The notes: generated by a model from the sequence alone, not told the origin. A stretch of DNA of 64,000 nt from Patescibacteria group bacterium (GCA_041650915.1 JBAZKE010000005.1:11310-75309), one strand, 5' to 3'. Numbered from the stretch's first letter, positions 17,627 through 27,739 are shown. Numbers and translations: made by a program.

Positions 17627-20506
17627 TTAACTCCTTTTTTCCTTTTCAGCGGTTGTGCTCTCCCCGCTGTGCAGCGGAATCAGAACGTTGAACGTTGATC
17701 CCTTTCCAATGCCATCGGACTCAACCCAAATATTGCCTCCGTGCGCTTCGGCGAGCCGCCGCGCAACGTACAGCCCGAGGCCGGACCCGTCGGGGTTGAC
17801 CTGCGCGATGCCGTACCCGCGCACGAACTTCGTGAACAGCTTCTTCGCCTCTTCCGGCTCTATGCCGCGGCCGGTATCCTTAACCGCAAAATGCATATAC
17901 TCGCCGTGCGGTTCGGCGATGAGCGTAACGGACCCCTCGTCAGTGTACTTGATCGCGTTGTCGGTGAAGTTGAGCACGATATCGCCGAGCTTGTCCTTAT
18001 CCGCAAACACAAGCGGAAGCTTTTTCTTCGGTTTGTGAAAAATCAGCTTGAGCTTTTTCTCGTCCGCCGCCTGCTGCACCATCGACATGACCTTGTCGAC
18101 AACCTCCTCAATGTGGACTGGCGTACGGTTGAGTTCGAGCCGCCCTGACTCGATCTTGGACACATTGAGGAACAGGTTGATGATGCGGATCATGCGCTGC
18201 GACTCCTCGAGCAATCCCACGAGTATCTTGTGCTGCTCTTTCGGCACCTTGCCGAAATCACCCTGCAGGATCATTGACAAATAGCCCATAATGCCCGTCA
18301 TCGGCGTCCGGAGCTGGTGTGACGTGATCGATACGAACTCGGATTTAGCCTGGTCGAGCTGCTGCAAATGCTTGTTCGCCTCGCCGAGGTCTTTATTTGA
18401 CCGTTCGAGCTGGCGGTACAGCTCGATGTTCCGCGATACGATGCCGGACTGGTTGGCAAGCGCTTTCATGATAGAGATGTCGGTCGGCTTGATCTGGCCG
18501 GGCTCGTGGGCGAGCAGATAGACAATAGCGCCAACGATTCCCTCTTCCGAATAGATCGGGACGGAAATCACCGTCCGCACCTTGAGCAGCTTCTGCATTT
18601 TCTGTACGATTTCCTCCGGAACGGCTGGCGAGAGAAAGTCGGTAAACTCCGTGCCGATCTGCACCTGGCCTCCCTTAACGGTTTTCACCGTCCTGCTCTT
18701 GCTCGTCGTGTAGTCGCCCCAATACTCGCTCATCGGCTTTGGCAGCAGCCCGAGGGCTTGCTTGATTGGCTGGCTTTGCGTCACCGCATCGGCAAATAGC
18801 CGATGCCGGTCTTTCCCGAGGAAGAGCACGATGCCGCCAATGTACCCGAGCTCGGTCGCGATGCTGTCCGCTATCGTCTGTGTCACTTTATGGAAATCGA
18901 GCGTGCGGGTGATGAGGTTCGTGACGTTCTGCAGCGCTGACAGGAACTTATTCCGCTCCTGGAGCTGCAGATTGGTATTGCGCAGGTCTTCCGTGGAGAT
19001 CGCAACCTCTTTTTTAAGCCGCTCGGTGAACTGCTGGGCTTCTTCATATAACCGCGACTTCTCGAGCGCGGAAGCGAGCTGCGGCCCGATCAGCTTAAGC
19101 AAGTTCAAATCTTCGGAGCCGTACGGATCGCCGGACAGCTTTTGCCCGAGCACCATAATGGCGGTGAGTTCGCTTCCCGTCGTGATCGGCGCGACGATCG
19201 TGGCATCGAGGCCATCGAGCTCTTTTTTCGACTCTTCGAGGCCTTTCCGATCCGCTTCATGCTGCGTATCTTCGATCTTCCGCTCGAGCCCCTCAAGCAC
19301 GACTACCTCCTGCGATGCGCGCATGTACTTCACGAGCGCGCTGTTGTGGCTGATGCGCTGTTTATAATCATGCTGGTCACGTTCCGCGAGTTCAGCCAAA
19401 ATTGCATCGTCAATCTTTTCACCAGTTCCCGGATCGATCCTTCCCCTGCGTTTATAAAAAGCTCCACCCGATGCTCCGGTCAGATAAATGCTCGTATTCT
19501 TTACCTTGAGGTCTTTTTCCAGTTTTCTTGAAAGTGAAAATAAGAGTATATCCAAATCAATTTCGCGATTGATGATTTCGGAAAGATCAGTTAAGAGTTT
19601 TTGGTAGTCAACACGTGCTTTAAAGAAAAGGGTGTCAGTCGCCGCGCCTATCCATTTTTTTAAAGGATCTAATATTAAGACAATAAAAATTGAAACGACC
19701 AGTGCAATTAATAATCTTAGAGGAGTGTTCAATACTGCTTGAGGCAAACTGATTGTCATAACTACCACTGTCGTGGCAATAATAAATACTAGAACAGAAT
19801 AGGTAATAGTGCGTAGCACTACAAAACGAATATCTAATAATCGATGCCTAACAATAGCATAAGACATGAAACCAATCATAAAAACAGAAAAGGATGGACC
19901 GATATTACCAAACTCCACGCTAAAAAATCGAGGCAATATTAAATTTACACTAAAAGCAGAAATGATAAAGAGTATTATTCCCAGAAAAGTATACTTCAAT
20001 TGCAATTTACTCACACCAGATGACTTTCGAAATTTCTTGACAAATAAATACAAGATATATATTACATAGATTGCAGCATATAAAATATAATAATTAACCC
20101 CTGGTCCAAATACATCTCTTGGATCCAAACCTTTAATTACAGCGACACTCGAATCAAGTTTAATTAGAAACGGACTTGTGAAAATCGTGCCTAAAAAAAA
20201 GATTCCTCCCAGAATCAAAATATAAAAGAATACTTTATTTTCTTGCCTATCTCGCCTAGGAAAATTCTTTAAAAAAATTAAAAAAACAATCAAGGCAATA
20301 GTACTAAAAAGGTAAGAAAACTTTACCCAAAGAACATGTTCACCTGATAATCTGGTGATTAGTACCGAACAATTCCACGTGGCAATAAATAACGTTGTCA
20401 ATGCAAACAAACGATTGATAACTGCCCGTTTCCGAGAATAAACAAGGTAGCCAAAAAAAATACTCAATAACGTGGTCAACCCTAAAATGATATTTTCTGG
20501 ATTCAT
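17627..20506 (-). CDS. Sensor histidine kinase: N-terminal 7TM (HisKA_7TM-like), two GAF, HisKA, HATPase
   Basis: YAIVRHRLLDI; SHQLRTP H-box; NAIKYT, DTGRGI, GSGLGL, GKGSTF. Confidence 0.93.
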   Translation of the reverse strand: MNPENIILGLTTLLSIFFGYLVYSRKRAVINRLFALTTLFIATWNCSVLITRLSGEHVLWVKFSYLFSTIALIVFLIFLKNFPRRDRQENKVFFYILILGGIFFLGTIFTSPFLIKLDSSVAVIKGLDPRDVFGPGVNYYILYAAIYVIYILYLFVKKFRKSSGVSKLQLKYTFLGIILFIISAFSVNLILPRFFSVEFGNIGPSFSVFMIGFMSYAIVRHRLLDIRFVVLRTITYSVLVFIIATTVVVMTISLPQAVLNTPLRLLIALVVSIFIVLILDPLKKWIGAATDTLFFKARVDYQKLLTDLSEIINREIDLDILLFSLSRKLEKDLKVKNTSIYLTGASGGAFYKRRGRIDPGTGEKIDDAILAELAERDQHDYKQRISHNSALVKYMRASQEVVVLEGLERKIEDTQHEADRKGLEESKKELDGLDATIVAPITTGSELTAIMVLGQKLSGDPYGSEDLNLLKLIGPQLASALEKSRLYEEAQQFTERLKKEVAISTEDLRNTNLQLQERNKFLSALQNVTNLITRTLDFHKVTQTIADSIATELGYIGGIVLFLGKDRHRLFADAVTQSQPIKQALGLLPKPMSEYWGDYTTSKSRTVKTVKGGQVQIGTEFTDFLSPAVPEEIVQKMQKLLKVRTVISVPIYSEEGIVGAIVYLLAHEPGQIKPTDISIMKALANQSGIVSRNIELYRQLERSNKDLGEANKHLQQLDQAKSEFVSITSHQLRTPMTGIMGYLSMILQGDFGKVPKEQHKILVGLLEESQRMIRIINLFLNVSKIESGRLELNRTPVHIEEVVDKVMSMVQQAADEKKLKLIFHKPKKKLPLVFADKDKLGDIVLNFTDNAIKYTDEGSVTLIAEPHGEYMHFAVKDTGRGIEPEEAKKLFTKFVRGYGIAQVNPDGSGLGLYVARRLAEAHGGNIWVESDGIGKGSTFNVLIPLHSGESTTAEKEKRS

Positions 20507-20508
20507 AT

Positions 20509-21219
20509 TTACTCAGCTCTTGCTATAATCAGCTCAAACTGGTCTGAATAGGTGAGGCGGCAATCAATTATATGGAAATTGGTTTTTTCTAAAAGGCACC
20601 TAATATCATTTTGAAAAAAATATCTTAATCGTAAAGAAAAATACCGTCGCTTAATGTTGACGAGAAAGGAAGAAATAATACGAGGATTTCTAATCATCTT
20701 GTTGAGTAACCCGTGCCGTAAATCACTAAAAAATATTTTCAATCTATTCGATCCCTTTCTTGGATAAGTTAAAATAAGTAGTCCCTCTTTTCTTTTCAAT
20801 ATCCGATTAAATTCTCTTAATAACATTTCCGGCGATTGAACATCCCAAATAACGCTCAAGCATACCACGATACTAAAATAATTCTTTTTGAATGGTGTTG
20901 ATGAATCTAAATCGATATTTTGTAAGTGGACCCGCCTACCAAAAAATTTTTTCTCCAAATAACTAATAATCTCAGCTTGGTTATCAATGCCCCAAACTTC
21001 AACATAAGGGAACAAACTTTTAAATCGATCTAGGAAATTTCCAGTCCCAGTGCCCGCGTCAAGTAATCTACTTGCTCTTCTCTTTAAAATGTCACCTCTA
21101 AACTCTCCAATAATCTCGATAATGTCCGACATCATTCGATTATACGAAGGGCTGTTTTGGACAATTAAATCATAGTCGTCTAAATAGCTCGACCAAAAAT
21201 CTTTTTTTTCACTCTTCAC
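20509..21219 (-). CDS. Class I SAM-dependent methyltransferase
   Basis: LLDAGTGTG, GID, REFNRILK...G; low GC. Confidence 0.88.
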   Translation of the reverse strand: MKSEKKDFWSSYLDDYDLIVQNSPSYNRMMSDIIEIIGEFRGDILKRRASRLLDAGTGTGNFLDRFKSLFPYVEVWGIDNQAEIISYLEKKFFGRRVHLQNIDLDSSTPFKKNYFSIVVCLSVIWDVQSPEMLLREFNRILKRKEGLLILTYPRKGSNRLKIFFSDLRHGLLNKMIRNPRIISSFLVNIKRRYFSLRLRYFFQNDIRCLLEKTNFHIIDCRLTYSDQFELIIARAE

Positions 21220-22705
21220 GATTATTTACATACTTATTTTTAATCCCTGAGGACATATTCCCACGAATAAAATCTATAATAATCGGGGTATAATTTATGT
21301 GAGTTACTGCATCTGCAAACTCCCGATTATTTTCCTGGATCTCCTTAGTAATTATTTTTCTAAAATCTTCACGCAAAGATTCCGATCCCTTAATATCCTT
21401 TTTTAATTCTATCAAAATTGAAATTATGGGTTCTTGGTTTTGATTCTCCTTTTTTTCAACAATAAATCTTCCTGTATGATGACGCGCGATGTGTTTGTTG
21501 CTCAAGGCTCCTTTAATATTTTCAATGTATACATTTGCCCCCCTAAAAGTCACCCCTCCGTCACTTCGACCAGCAATCAACAAAAACGGAAACTTCATCA
21601 TCAATTGCAAAGAACCCTCGTAGGTTCCGATAATTTTCTCAATATCGATATCAAACCTCAATAACTCCGTCTTCATTCGCTGAAAAGTTATTACGTCGCC
21701 TAAATCATGGATGTTGTATCTCACCAATGGCGATATCGACCTAGTACTTGCGATGACTTCGTTATTTACAGCCTCAGCAAAAAAATTAATCGGATTATAC
21801 TGAAATAGCATTGGTGTCATATTCGAAAATCTAGAGAAAACCTCGTTTGCCACGGAGTGGTCAGCAAAACAAGCTCTACGAATCTTTATCGAAAGTGGTG
21901 TTTCAAAACCAGTACCTCGACCAAATTCCGTAACGCCATAACTCGATTGAATTCTTTGAATAATATCCCTCTCGTCACTAATTTCTAATAATTGGGCGAG
22001 ATAATCACGAAGTCCCTCAGGAAAGCCTTCTCCTCCGGTATTAATGTATACTTTTATTTTTTTATGAAACCCCAAACGATTCACCTTTTCAATTAAATTT
22101 TTTATAAAGGGGGGGTAACCAGTAATAATAACCTGATCGTAATAAGAAGAGAAAACCTCGAGAATACTAATCACTGTATTTATATCAGGGCCTGGGTTTA
22201 CACTCAAAAGAGAATATCTTTTCTTATACCCAATCTCTTTAATTAAGCGAGACACTTTCTCACCGCTCGGCCAGATACCGAATGCATAGCAATTAATAAA
22301 AAGTGTAGAACGCCTATCTACGTTACCAATAGTACGTAATAAAAACTCAAATTGTTTTCTAGTTTGATAATCTTCCTCCGGAGATCTTAAAAAAAATGTT
22401 GTTGCGCCAGAATAGCCAGAACTTCCTTCTAAAGAATGTGCCCGTTTTATAGCACTCTTAATAGATCTATCGAAAATATTAAACCTACTCAGGTAACTTG
22501 TCTTATCAATAATGGGCAATGCTCGAAATTCCTGGAAGGAATTAATTTTCTTAACCGACGCTCCTTTCTCTTTCAAAAAAATACAATAAGCCGAAACTTC
22601 ATTTATTGTATCATTATAAAGCTTAATAGCATTCTTTATACTATCTCGATGCATATTCCTTATTTTTCTCCTTGCAATAGGAAATAGTAAAGCCTGAAAA
22701 TCCAT
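21209..22705 (-). CDS. Phenylacetate-CoA ligase (PaaK)-like adenylate-forming enzyme
   Basis: LPIIDK, SSGYSG, GYPPF, GGE, YGVTE, PLVRYNIHDLG, GRSD; low GC. Confidence 0.85.
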   Translation of the reverse strand: MDFQALLFPIARRKIRNMHRDSIKNAIKLYNDTINEVSAYCIFLKEKGASVKKINSFQEFRALPIIDKTSYLSRFNIFDRSIKSAIKRAHSLEGSSGYSGATTFFLRSPEEDYQTRKQFEFLLRTIGNVDRRSTLFINCYAFGIWPSGEKVSRLIKEIGYKKRYSLLSVNPGPDINTVISILEVFSSYYDQVIITGYPPFIKNLIEKVNRLGFHKKIKVYINTGGEGFPEGLRDYLAQLLEISDERDIIQRIQSSYGVTEFGRGTGFETPLSIKIRRACFADHSVANEVFSRFSNMTPMLFQYNPINFFAEAVNNEVIASTRSISPLVRYNIHDLGDVITFQRMKTELLRFDIDIEKIIGTYEGSLQLMMKFPFLLIAGRSDGGVTFRGANVYIENIKGALSNKHIARHHTGRFIVEKKENQNQEPIISILIELKKDIKGSESLREDFRKIITKEIQENNREFADAVTHINYTPIIIDFIRGNMSSGIKNKYVNNREE

Positions 22706-22711
22706 ATTAAG

Positions 22712-23410
22712 TCATAATATTGTTATATTCTTGTGATCATGTCGTAAAAAATGATAAAAAAAGGGATTCAATGTTTTTAACTTTTCATTACTATCGGTAA
22801 TATCATTAATCAAAGTGACAGAAAGACTCTTATCATCGACTCCGTAATATTTGTATGGAAAACTTATAGCACGAAAGCCAAACTGCTTATATCGCTCTCC
22901 ATGCTCTACAGAACATGTAATAACAAAATGAGTAATCCCGTTGTTAATTGCATATATAATTGCTGACTTTATTAAACCCAACGAAACAATTTTATTTCGA
23001 AAATCCTTTTTCACAACAAAACGTGATAACTCTGCATACCTCGCATTATTAGGCATATATTGCTTCACCGTATAATGCTCTTCTGTCAGAACTTGCTTTT
23101 GGTGATTTGGTATGATCCGAATTCCTCCAATTACTTGACTGTGTTGATTTGTGACTACAATTGACGTTGCATACACATCGTATTGGTCTGTCTCCATCTC
23201 GGAAGGATAATCTTCCTTCGGTAAAAATCCCTTCTCTAGACAATAAACTTGATACCTTAATCGGAATAAATATTTTTGCTCATCTTCTTTTGCGATGTGA
23301 AAAGAATACTGTCTCATCCTATAATTAACCACTGGCAGTGAGAATATTAATAGAATTTTCCTTTCAAACCATTTTTGCACATTCATATCACAATTTATAT
23401 CATACCACAA
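22712..23410 (-). CDS. LuxI/FeeM-like N-acyltransferase (GNAT fold)
   Basis: FRLRYQVY, ETDQYD, IGGIRII, AELSRFVV; true start may be 23386 or 23317. Confidence 0.8.
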   Translation of the reverse strand: MWYDINCDMNVQKWFERKILLIFSLPVVNYRMRQYSFHIAKEDEQKYLFRLRYQVYCLEKGFLPKEDYPSEMETDQYDVYATSIVVTNQHSQVIGGIRIIPNHQKQVLTEEHYTVKQYMPNNARYAELSRFVVKKDFRNKIVSLGLIKSAIIYAINNGITHFVITCSVEHGERYKQFGFRAISFPYKYYGVDDKSLSVTLINDITDSNEKLKTLNPFFYHFLRHDHKNITIL

Positions 23411-23616
23411 ATTCCTACTTTTTTCAAGTCAGAAAAAACGACAAAACATCAAATACCCTAGTATTTATATGCTCCTCGACTGTGCGAGTTATATTCATAT
23501 GATTTTTCTTTGTATTTTCTGGCGCCTTAATTATAACAAAAACTCACCCTTAAGAAAAGAGGTCTTATTAAAACATCCTTTTTACTTCCTTATCCTCTCA
23601 ACAGCCGGCAAGGCTA

Positions 23617-24082
23617 AACTCTAATCTTTAAATCCTAAACCCTAAACAATATCAAAATTCAAAATACTAATGTTCTAAACAGTTATTTTGATTTTTCCAG
23701 AATTGCCCCAAAAATCTTCATGAGCTCGGTTGATTCCTGGATGAGCTTTTTTCTACTTTCAAATTCTCTCTGGTCAGGTTCAGTAAGTTCTAACCAATAT
23801 CTCCTCTCCTTTGCTTCCTTGCGGCAGATTTTAACGCGCATTATAAAATCCTTCTTGCTTAACGCTTCGTTTGCTTCGATGTAGTTTGCACCGACAGAAC
23901 CTGCTGAACGAACTAACTGTTTTCCAAACTCATAGTGGCTCACGCTCTTTGGTAAGGTTTTGCAGTATCGAGATACACTTCTGGTATAGTTAAGCGTTCT
24001 ATCCTCCAAATCAAACCGTTTTGAATTTTGAATTTCCGTCATTTGAACTTGTTTAGTATTTCGAAATTAGGATTTAGTATTT
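23617..24082. mobile_element. Putative element: four-helix bundle gene enclosed by AT-rich imperfect inverted arms
   Basis: Left AAATCCTAAACCCTAAACAA...TTCAAA vs right TTTGAAC.TGTTTAG...TAGGATTT. Confidence 0.5.
23683..24042 (-). CDS. Four-helix bundle protein (23S rRNA IVP/Avd-like)
   Basis: DLEDRT, QLVRSAGSVGANYIEA, KDF, KEAKE..YWL. Confidence 0.92.
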   Translation of the reverse strand: MTEIQNSKRFDLEDRTLNYTRSVSRYCKTLPKSVSHYEFGKQLVRSAGSVGANYIEANEALSKKDFIMRVKICRKEAKERRYWLELTEPDQREFESRKKLIQESTELMKIFGAILEKSK

Positions 24083-25520
24083 AGTGCCTCGTACCAATTC
24101 GTTCCACCGCTTGTTTATACAGCAACGCATTCGCTATTGCATTCGTCATTTGGAACTGAAGTCTGGATAAATACTCCACGTTGTCGGAGGTATATGCCTC
24201 GTTCTTTTTTTTGCGTCCGAACGTGAAAGCGCCGATGAGCTCCCCCTTTTCTCCGATCGGCAACACCATGCTGACCCCCAGCTTTTGTAACGTCGCCTCC
24301 GCATCGAGGAGGAGCTGCTTCTCGCCATTTTCCTCCTCATCAGCCCGGTACGGAATCTCTTCCGTTATCAATACTCCCAGGTGCTCGCGTAAATACTGGA
24401 ATACGGAATCGGTAGGCTCCAGCTCGATGCGCTTATCCTCTTTGTAGTAATTTTCTAGTTTGCCATTCCGTTTATTGAGCCAGATAAATTGAATGTCCTG
24501 CACTTCCAGGAAATCAGCTAACAAAAGTATTACCTTTTTAATCAGCTGGTCAAACTGGACCGAAGACGAGAGTACGATCCGCAGCTTATGCGCCTCTTCC
24601 TGGGCTGATTTTTTCCGTGCGTAGAACACCCTATCAATCATTGTCACTAAAACTCTCCGCAGTGGTTCAACGCTGGTTACAATTATCAATACCAGAATAA
24701 TCGTAGCAGTCTGTTCTTGCCAAGCGTACTGTTCGATCAGTAATCGCTGGAATATTATAAGAAGGTAAATGTATAAAAAAAGTATTATCAATAATGCAAT
24801 AAAATGTACAAACCCTTTGCGGAAAGCGAGTTTGATATCAAGCAAACGGTAACGAAGAATTGCATATGACATCCCAGCCGTCATAAAAATTGTACATAGA
24901 GGTCCGAACAATGATGGCCGTACATCCAGAGAACTAATAAAAAGAGGCCAAATTAAATTTGTGAACACTCCCCCAATAGCACTGATGGCAAAACCAGCAA
25001 TAACATACCTCAATTTTAGCTTTTCAATGGGAAGCGCACTTTTGTACGTTTGAAAAAAATAATAAAATCCGATAAAAAAATAGAGCAGGATATACATGCA
25101 ATAAAATGGGTACCAGGAACCGTAAACGGAACCATTTAAGCCGCCTATAGCATTTTGAACGGACTCTTTAAATACTAGACTTGTTAAACTAAGGCAGCAA
25201 AAAAATATTGGCAGTACTGACAATATAAAATTCTTTTTTATAGGAACTTTTTTCTCCTTTGGAAAATGTAAAACAAAATAAATAAATAAGGGTACAATCA
25301 ACGAAGCAGATACAAATGCTGCTCTACCAGTTATTAATGCCAATTGGCAATCGCTACTAATATTTGAATAATAGCTGCTTCCCACCCAAGCACTCACAAC
25401 AAACGATAAAAAGAAAAAATAAATATTGACCTTCCGCCTCACTCCTTTTAGCAGAACAAACAATCCGAGCGAGATATTCGCCACAACCACAAAAATTGTG
25501 ATAATGCCAAGTAACGTCAT
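24081..25520 (-). CDS. 7TM sensor-like membrane protein with GAF domain, no kinase domain
   Basis: YAILRYRLLDI; GRKK..EAYT.D...L; ends NALLYKQAVERI. Confidence 0.8.
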   Translation of the reverse strand: MTLLGIITIFVVVANISLGLFVLLKGVRRKVNIYFFFLSFVVSAWVGSSYYSNISSDCQLALITGRAAFVSASLIVPLFIYFVLHFPKEKKVPIKKNFILSVLPIFFCCLSLTSLVFKESVQNAIGGLNGSVYGSWYPFYCMYILLYFFIGFYYFFQTYKSALPIEKLKLRYVIAGFAISAIGGVFTNLIWPLFISSLDVRPSLFGPLCTIFMTAGMSYAILRYRLLDIKLAFRKGFVHFIALLIILFLYIYLLIIFQRLLIEQYAWQEQTATIILVLIIVTSVEPLRRVLVTMIDRVFYARKKSAQEEAHKLRIVLSSSVQFDQLIKKVILLLADFLEVQDIQFIWLNKRNGKLENYYKEDKRIELEPTDSVFQYLREHLGVLITEEIPYRADEEENGEKQLLLDAEATLQKLGVSMVLPIGEKGELIGAFTFGRKKKNEAYTSDNVEYLSRLQFQMTNAIANALLYKQAVERIGTRH

Positions 25521-26113
25521 TGCTTTCTCCCTTTAAACCCCTCATCCTTACTAATTATCTCTTCCAAAAAATCCCGCAGGAAATCCGCCTTTGTTTTTTT
25601 AACCTTTTTCGACTTCCACTCCAGGTACCGTTCCATGGTCGGCGTGATGCGGAGCGTAAACTTGACCGTCGGCTTTTCCTCGACTCCCCTGCCGGCGCCC
25701 GCCTCACTGAGAAAATCTACCACCTTCTGGTCGAGGTCTTTATTCGTGTACGGCGTCAGCCGGACAAACTCCGGCGCACTCTTCCGGGTCAAGTACCCGT
25801 ATGCGATCTTCTCCGGAGCGCCCTTCTGGTACAGGTACAGGAGCGGCTTTTTCTGCGAGATGGCGTACGCGAGCAAATATCCGATCTCCTGGTCGGGCCT
25901 CGATGCTTCGATGATGATGCAGTCCATCTTGTCGAGCAGGATCTCCCCCGACTCGTTCATCCGCTCGAGGTCTTCCTTCTTGAAATCGGAGTTGTTCTCA
26001 TCGGACGATGCGATGACGAACACGCCGGCAGCGCGCAGCGTCTCGACGATCCGCTTGTAATTCCGGTCGAGTTCGGCCGTAGATATTAATGGTGAGAAAA
26101 AGTATATCCGCAT
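25517..26113 (-). CDS. Nucleoside deoxyribosyltransferase-like fold with C-terminal ribbon-helix-helix-like region
   Basis: MRIYF, D.IIIEAS.P...IGY..AYA...KPLLYL; KFTLRI...YLEW...TKADFLR. Confidence 0.55.
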   Translation of the reverse strand: MRIYFFSPLISTAELDRNYKRIVETLRAAGVFVIASSDENNSDFKKEDLERMNESGEILLDKMDCIIIEASRPDQEIGYLLAYAISQKKPLLYLYQKGAPEKIAYGYLTRKSAPEFVRLTPYTNKDLDQKVVDFLSEAGAGRGVEEKPTVKFTLRITPTMERYLEWKSKKVKKTKADFLRDFLEEIISKDEGFKGRKQ

Positions 26114-26169
26114 GAAAATTTCTAATGAATGAATATCTAATTTCTAGTCAATGAGTACTGTATCAATTA

Positions 26170-26547
26170 CTAATTAACGACTCCTCGATTCGTTGAATGC
26201 ACTATTGCATTGAAAATTAAATTCAGTTCCTTTGCTTCTTGCAGTAGTGGCTGTACTTTTTCTTCTTGAACAGAATCAGCTGCTACAACCATTCGTAACC
26301 AATGTTTTGTTTCACGCGCCTCTTTCTTACAGATTCCGATTTTGTGCTTAAAATCCTTCCTCGATTCAGCATCGTCTGCCTCGCAGTAATTTGCGCCAAC
26401 GCTTGTCGCTGACCGTACGAGTTGAGTAATGAGAGGCCGGGTTACGGAACTCTCCGGGATCTGCCGTGCGAATCCAATAACGGCTCGGCCGAACTTCGCA
26501 GTACGTTCTTCTAAATCAAACTTCTTTGTCATTCCGTCATTGGTCAT
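26170..26547 (-). CDS. Four-helix bundle protein (second copy)
   Basis: DLEERT, QLVRSATSVGANYCEA, KDF, KEARETKHWL; flanked by AATATCTAAT / ATTAGATATT arms. Confidence 0.92.
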   Translation of the reverse strand: MTNDGMTKKFDLEERTAKFGRAVIGFARQIPESSVTRPLITQLVRSATSVGANYCEADDAESRKDFKHKIGICKKEARETKHWLRMVVAADSVQEEKVQPLLQEAKELNLIFNAIVHSTNRGVVN

Positions 26548-26586
26548 TGCTGCTTGATTAGATATTAGAAATTACTAATTACTCAT

Positions 26587-27582
26587 TTACAACCCATTAC
26601 TCCACATCATCATGCGGATCTTGCCTACATCCCGCGTCTGCCCCAAAACCCACATGAAGCGGACAAACGCGGTTTCAAACGTCATGTCGTTGACGAGGAT
26701 ATACTCGCGCTTTTTCTTTTTTACGTCCAGGGCAAAGGGGTTGTGCGCGAGAATCGGCACCTTTTTCTTGTACGCACGATCGAGTACCGGCTTGTAGCTC
26801 TCCGGAAACAAATTCGTATTGAAGCTCTTGATAACGATGCCTTTGCACCCCTTTCGCATCATGCTATCCAAGAGCTCCGGCCCTGCGCCCGGGTACAGCT
26901 GCAGCAAACATACCGTATCCTCGACCGAATCAAACAGCTTGGGTTTTTGCTTCGAGCGCTTTTTGGCTGCCTCGTATACCTTGATGCCAAAATCAACCTT
27001 GCCGAGCAATCCGTCCCGATACGCGTCAAAAATGTTGAACGAAGGCGAATCGCTCTTGACCGCCTTGGTCGCCTTGAGGAGGCGGTTGCCGAACATGATC
27101 GCCGCCTCGGCGATGTCCATGGTCGCGACCTGTATCGCGTTGATGAGGTTCGCCTTCACGCCGAGCGTCTTGTAGTTGTGTATGAGGCCGGAGAGGTCCT
27201 GCTTTCCGCTGTCGGTCACCTCGACTGACAGCGGCGATCCGGTGAAGATGACCGGCTTCGGAAGGGGCTGCAGCATGTGGGCTATCATTGCGGATGAGTA
27301 GAGCATCGTATCAATTCCGTGGATAATGACAAAGCCGTCGTACCTCGGCATCCGGTCGAATATTTCGCGGGCGAGCTTTGACCAGAGCTTCGGTTCGATC
27401 TCGGACGCGTCCCCGCCGAAAACGAACACCGGCTCGACATCGGCGATAAGGTTGATTTCCGGCACAGCGGCAATCCACGCCTTCATGTCAGGCGCTTTTT
27501 GAACGGAAATCACCTTCTCCCCTGCAACGAGTGCAGATCCTCCGCAGAACAGCAATGCAATTTTTGACTTTTTTGATGACAT
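26587..27582 (-). CDS. Type I asparaginase-like protein with degenerate catalytic motifs
   Basis: CGGSA (for TGGTI), HGIDT (for HGTDT), KPVIFTGS, NL..A, DMT.ETA..R.MW. Confidence 0.85.
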   Translation of the reverse strand: MSSKKSKIALLFCGGSALVAGEKVISVQKAPDMKAWIAAVPEINLIADVEPVFVFGGDASEIEPKLWSKLAREIFDRMPRYDGFVIIHGIDTMLYSSAMIAHMLQPLPKPVIFTGSPLSVEVTDSGKQDLSGLIHNYKTLGVKANLINAIQVATMDIAEAAIMFGNRLLKATKAVKSDSPSFNIFDAYRDGLLGKVDFGIKVYEAAKKRSKQKPKLFDSVEDTVCLLQLYPGAGPELLDSMMRKGCKGIVIKSFNTNLFPESYKPVLDRAYKKKVPILAHNPFALDVKKKKREYILVNDMTFETAFVRFMWVLGQTRDVGKIRMMMWSNGL

Positions 27583-27739
27583 TTCTGTTGGTCATTCTGG
27601 GTCCCGCTTTTCGGGACGAAGAATCTTTATGGCGTAATTGAATGACTTTCTTAAATTATTTCACGGTAGGTTTCGAAACTCCCAGCTTACTCCTTCAGAT
27701 GGCTCCTTCCCTGCCTATGGGCAGGCCCACGCGATGTCG

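Noticed and set aside
23683-26547. Diversity-generating retroelement suggested by Avd-like four-helix bundle genes
   Set aside because: No reverse transcriptase in the window; repeat pairs are identical or differ without adenine-specific bias
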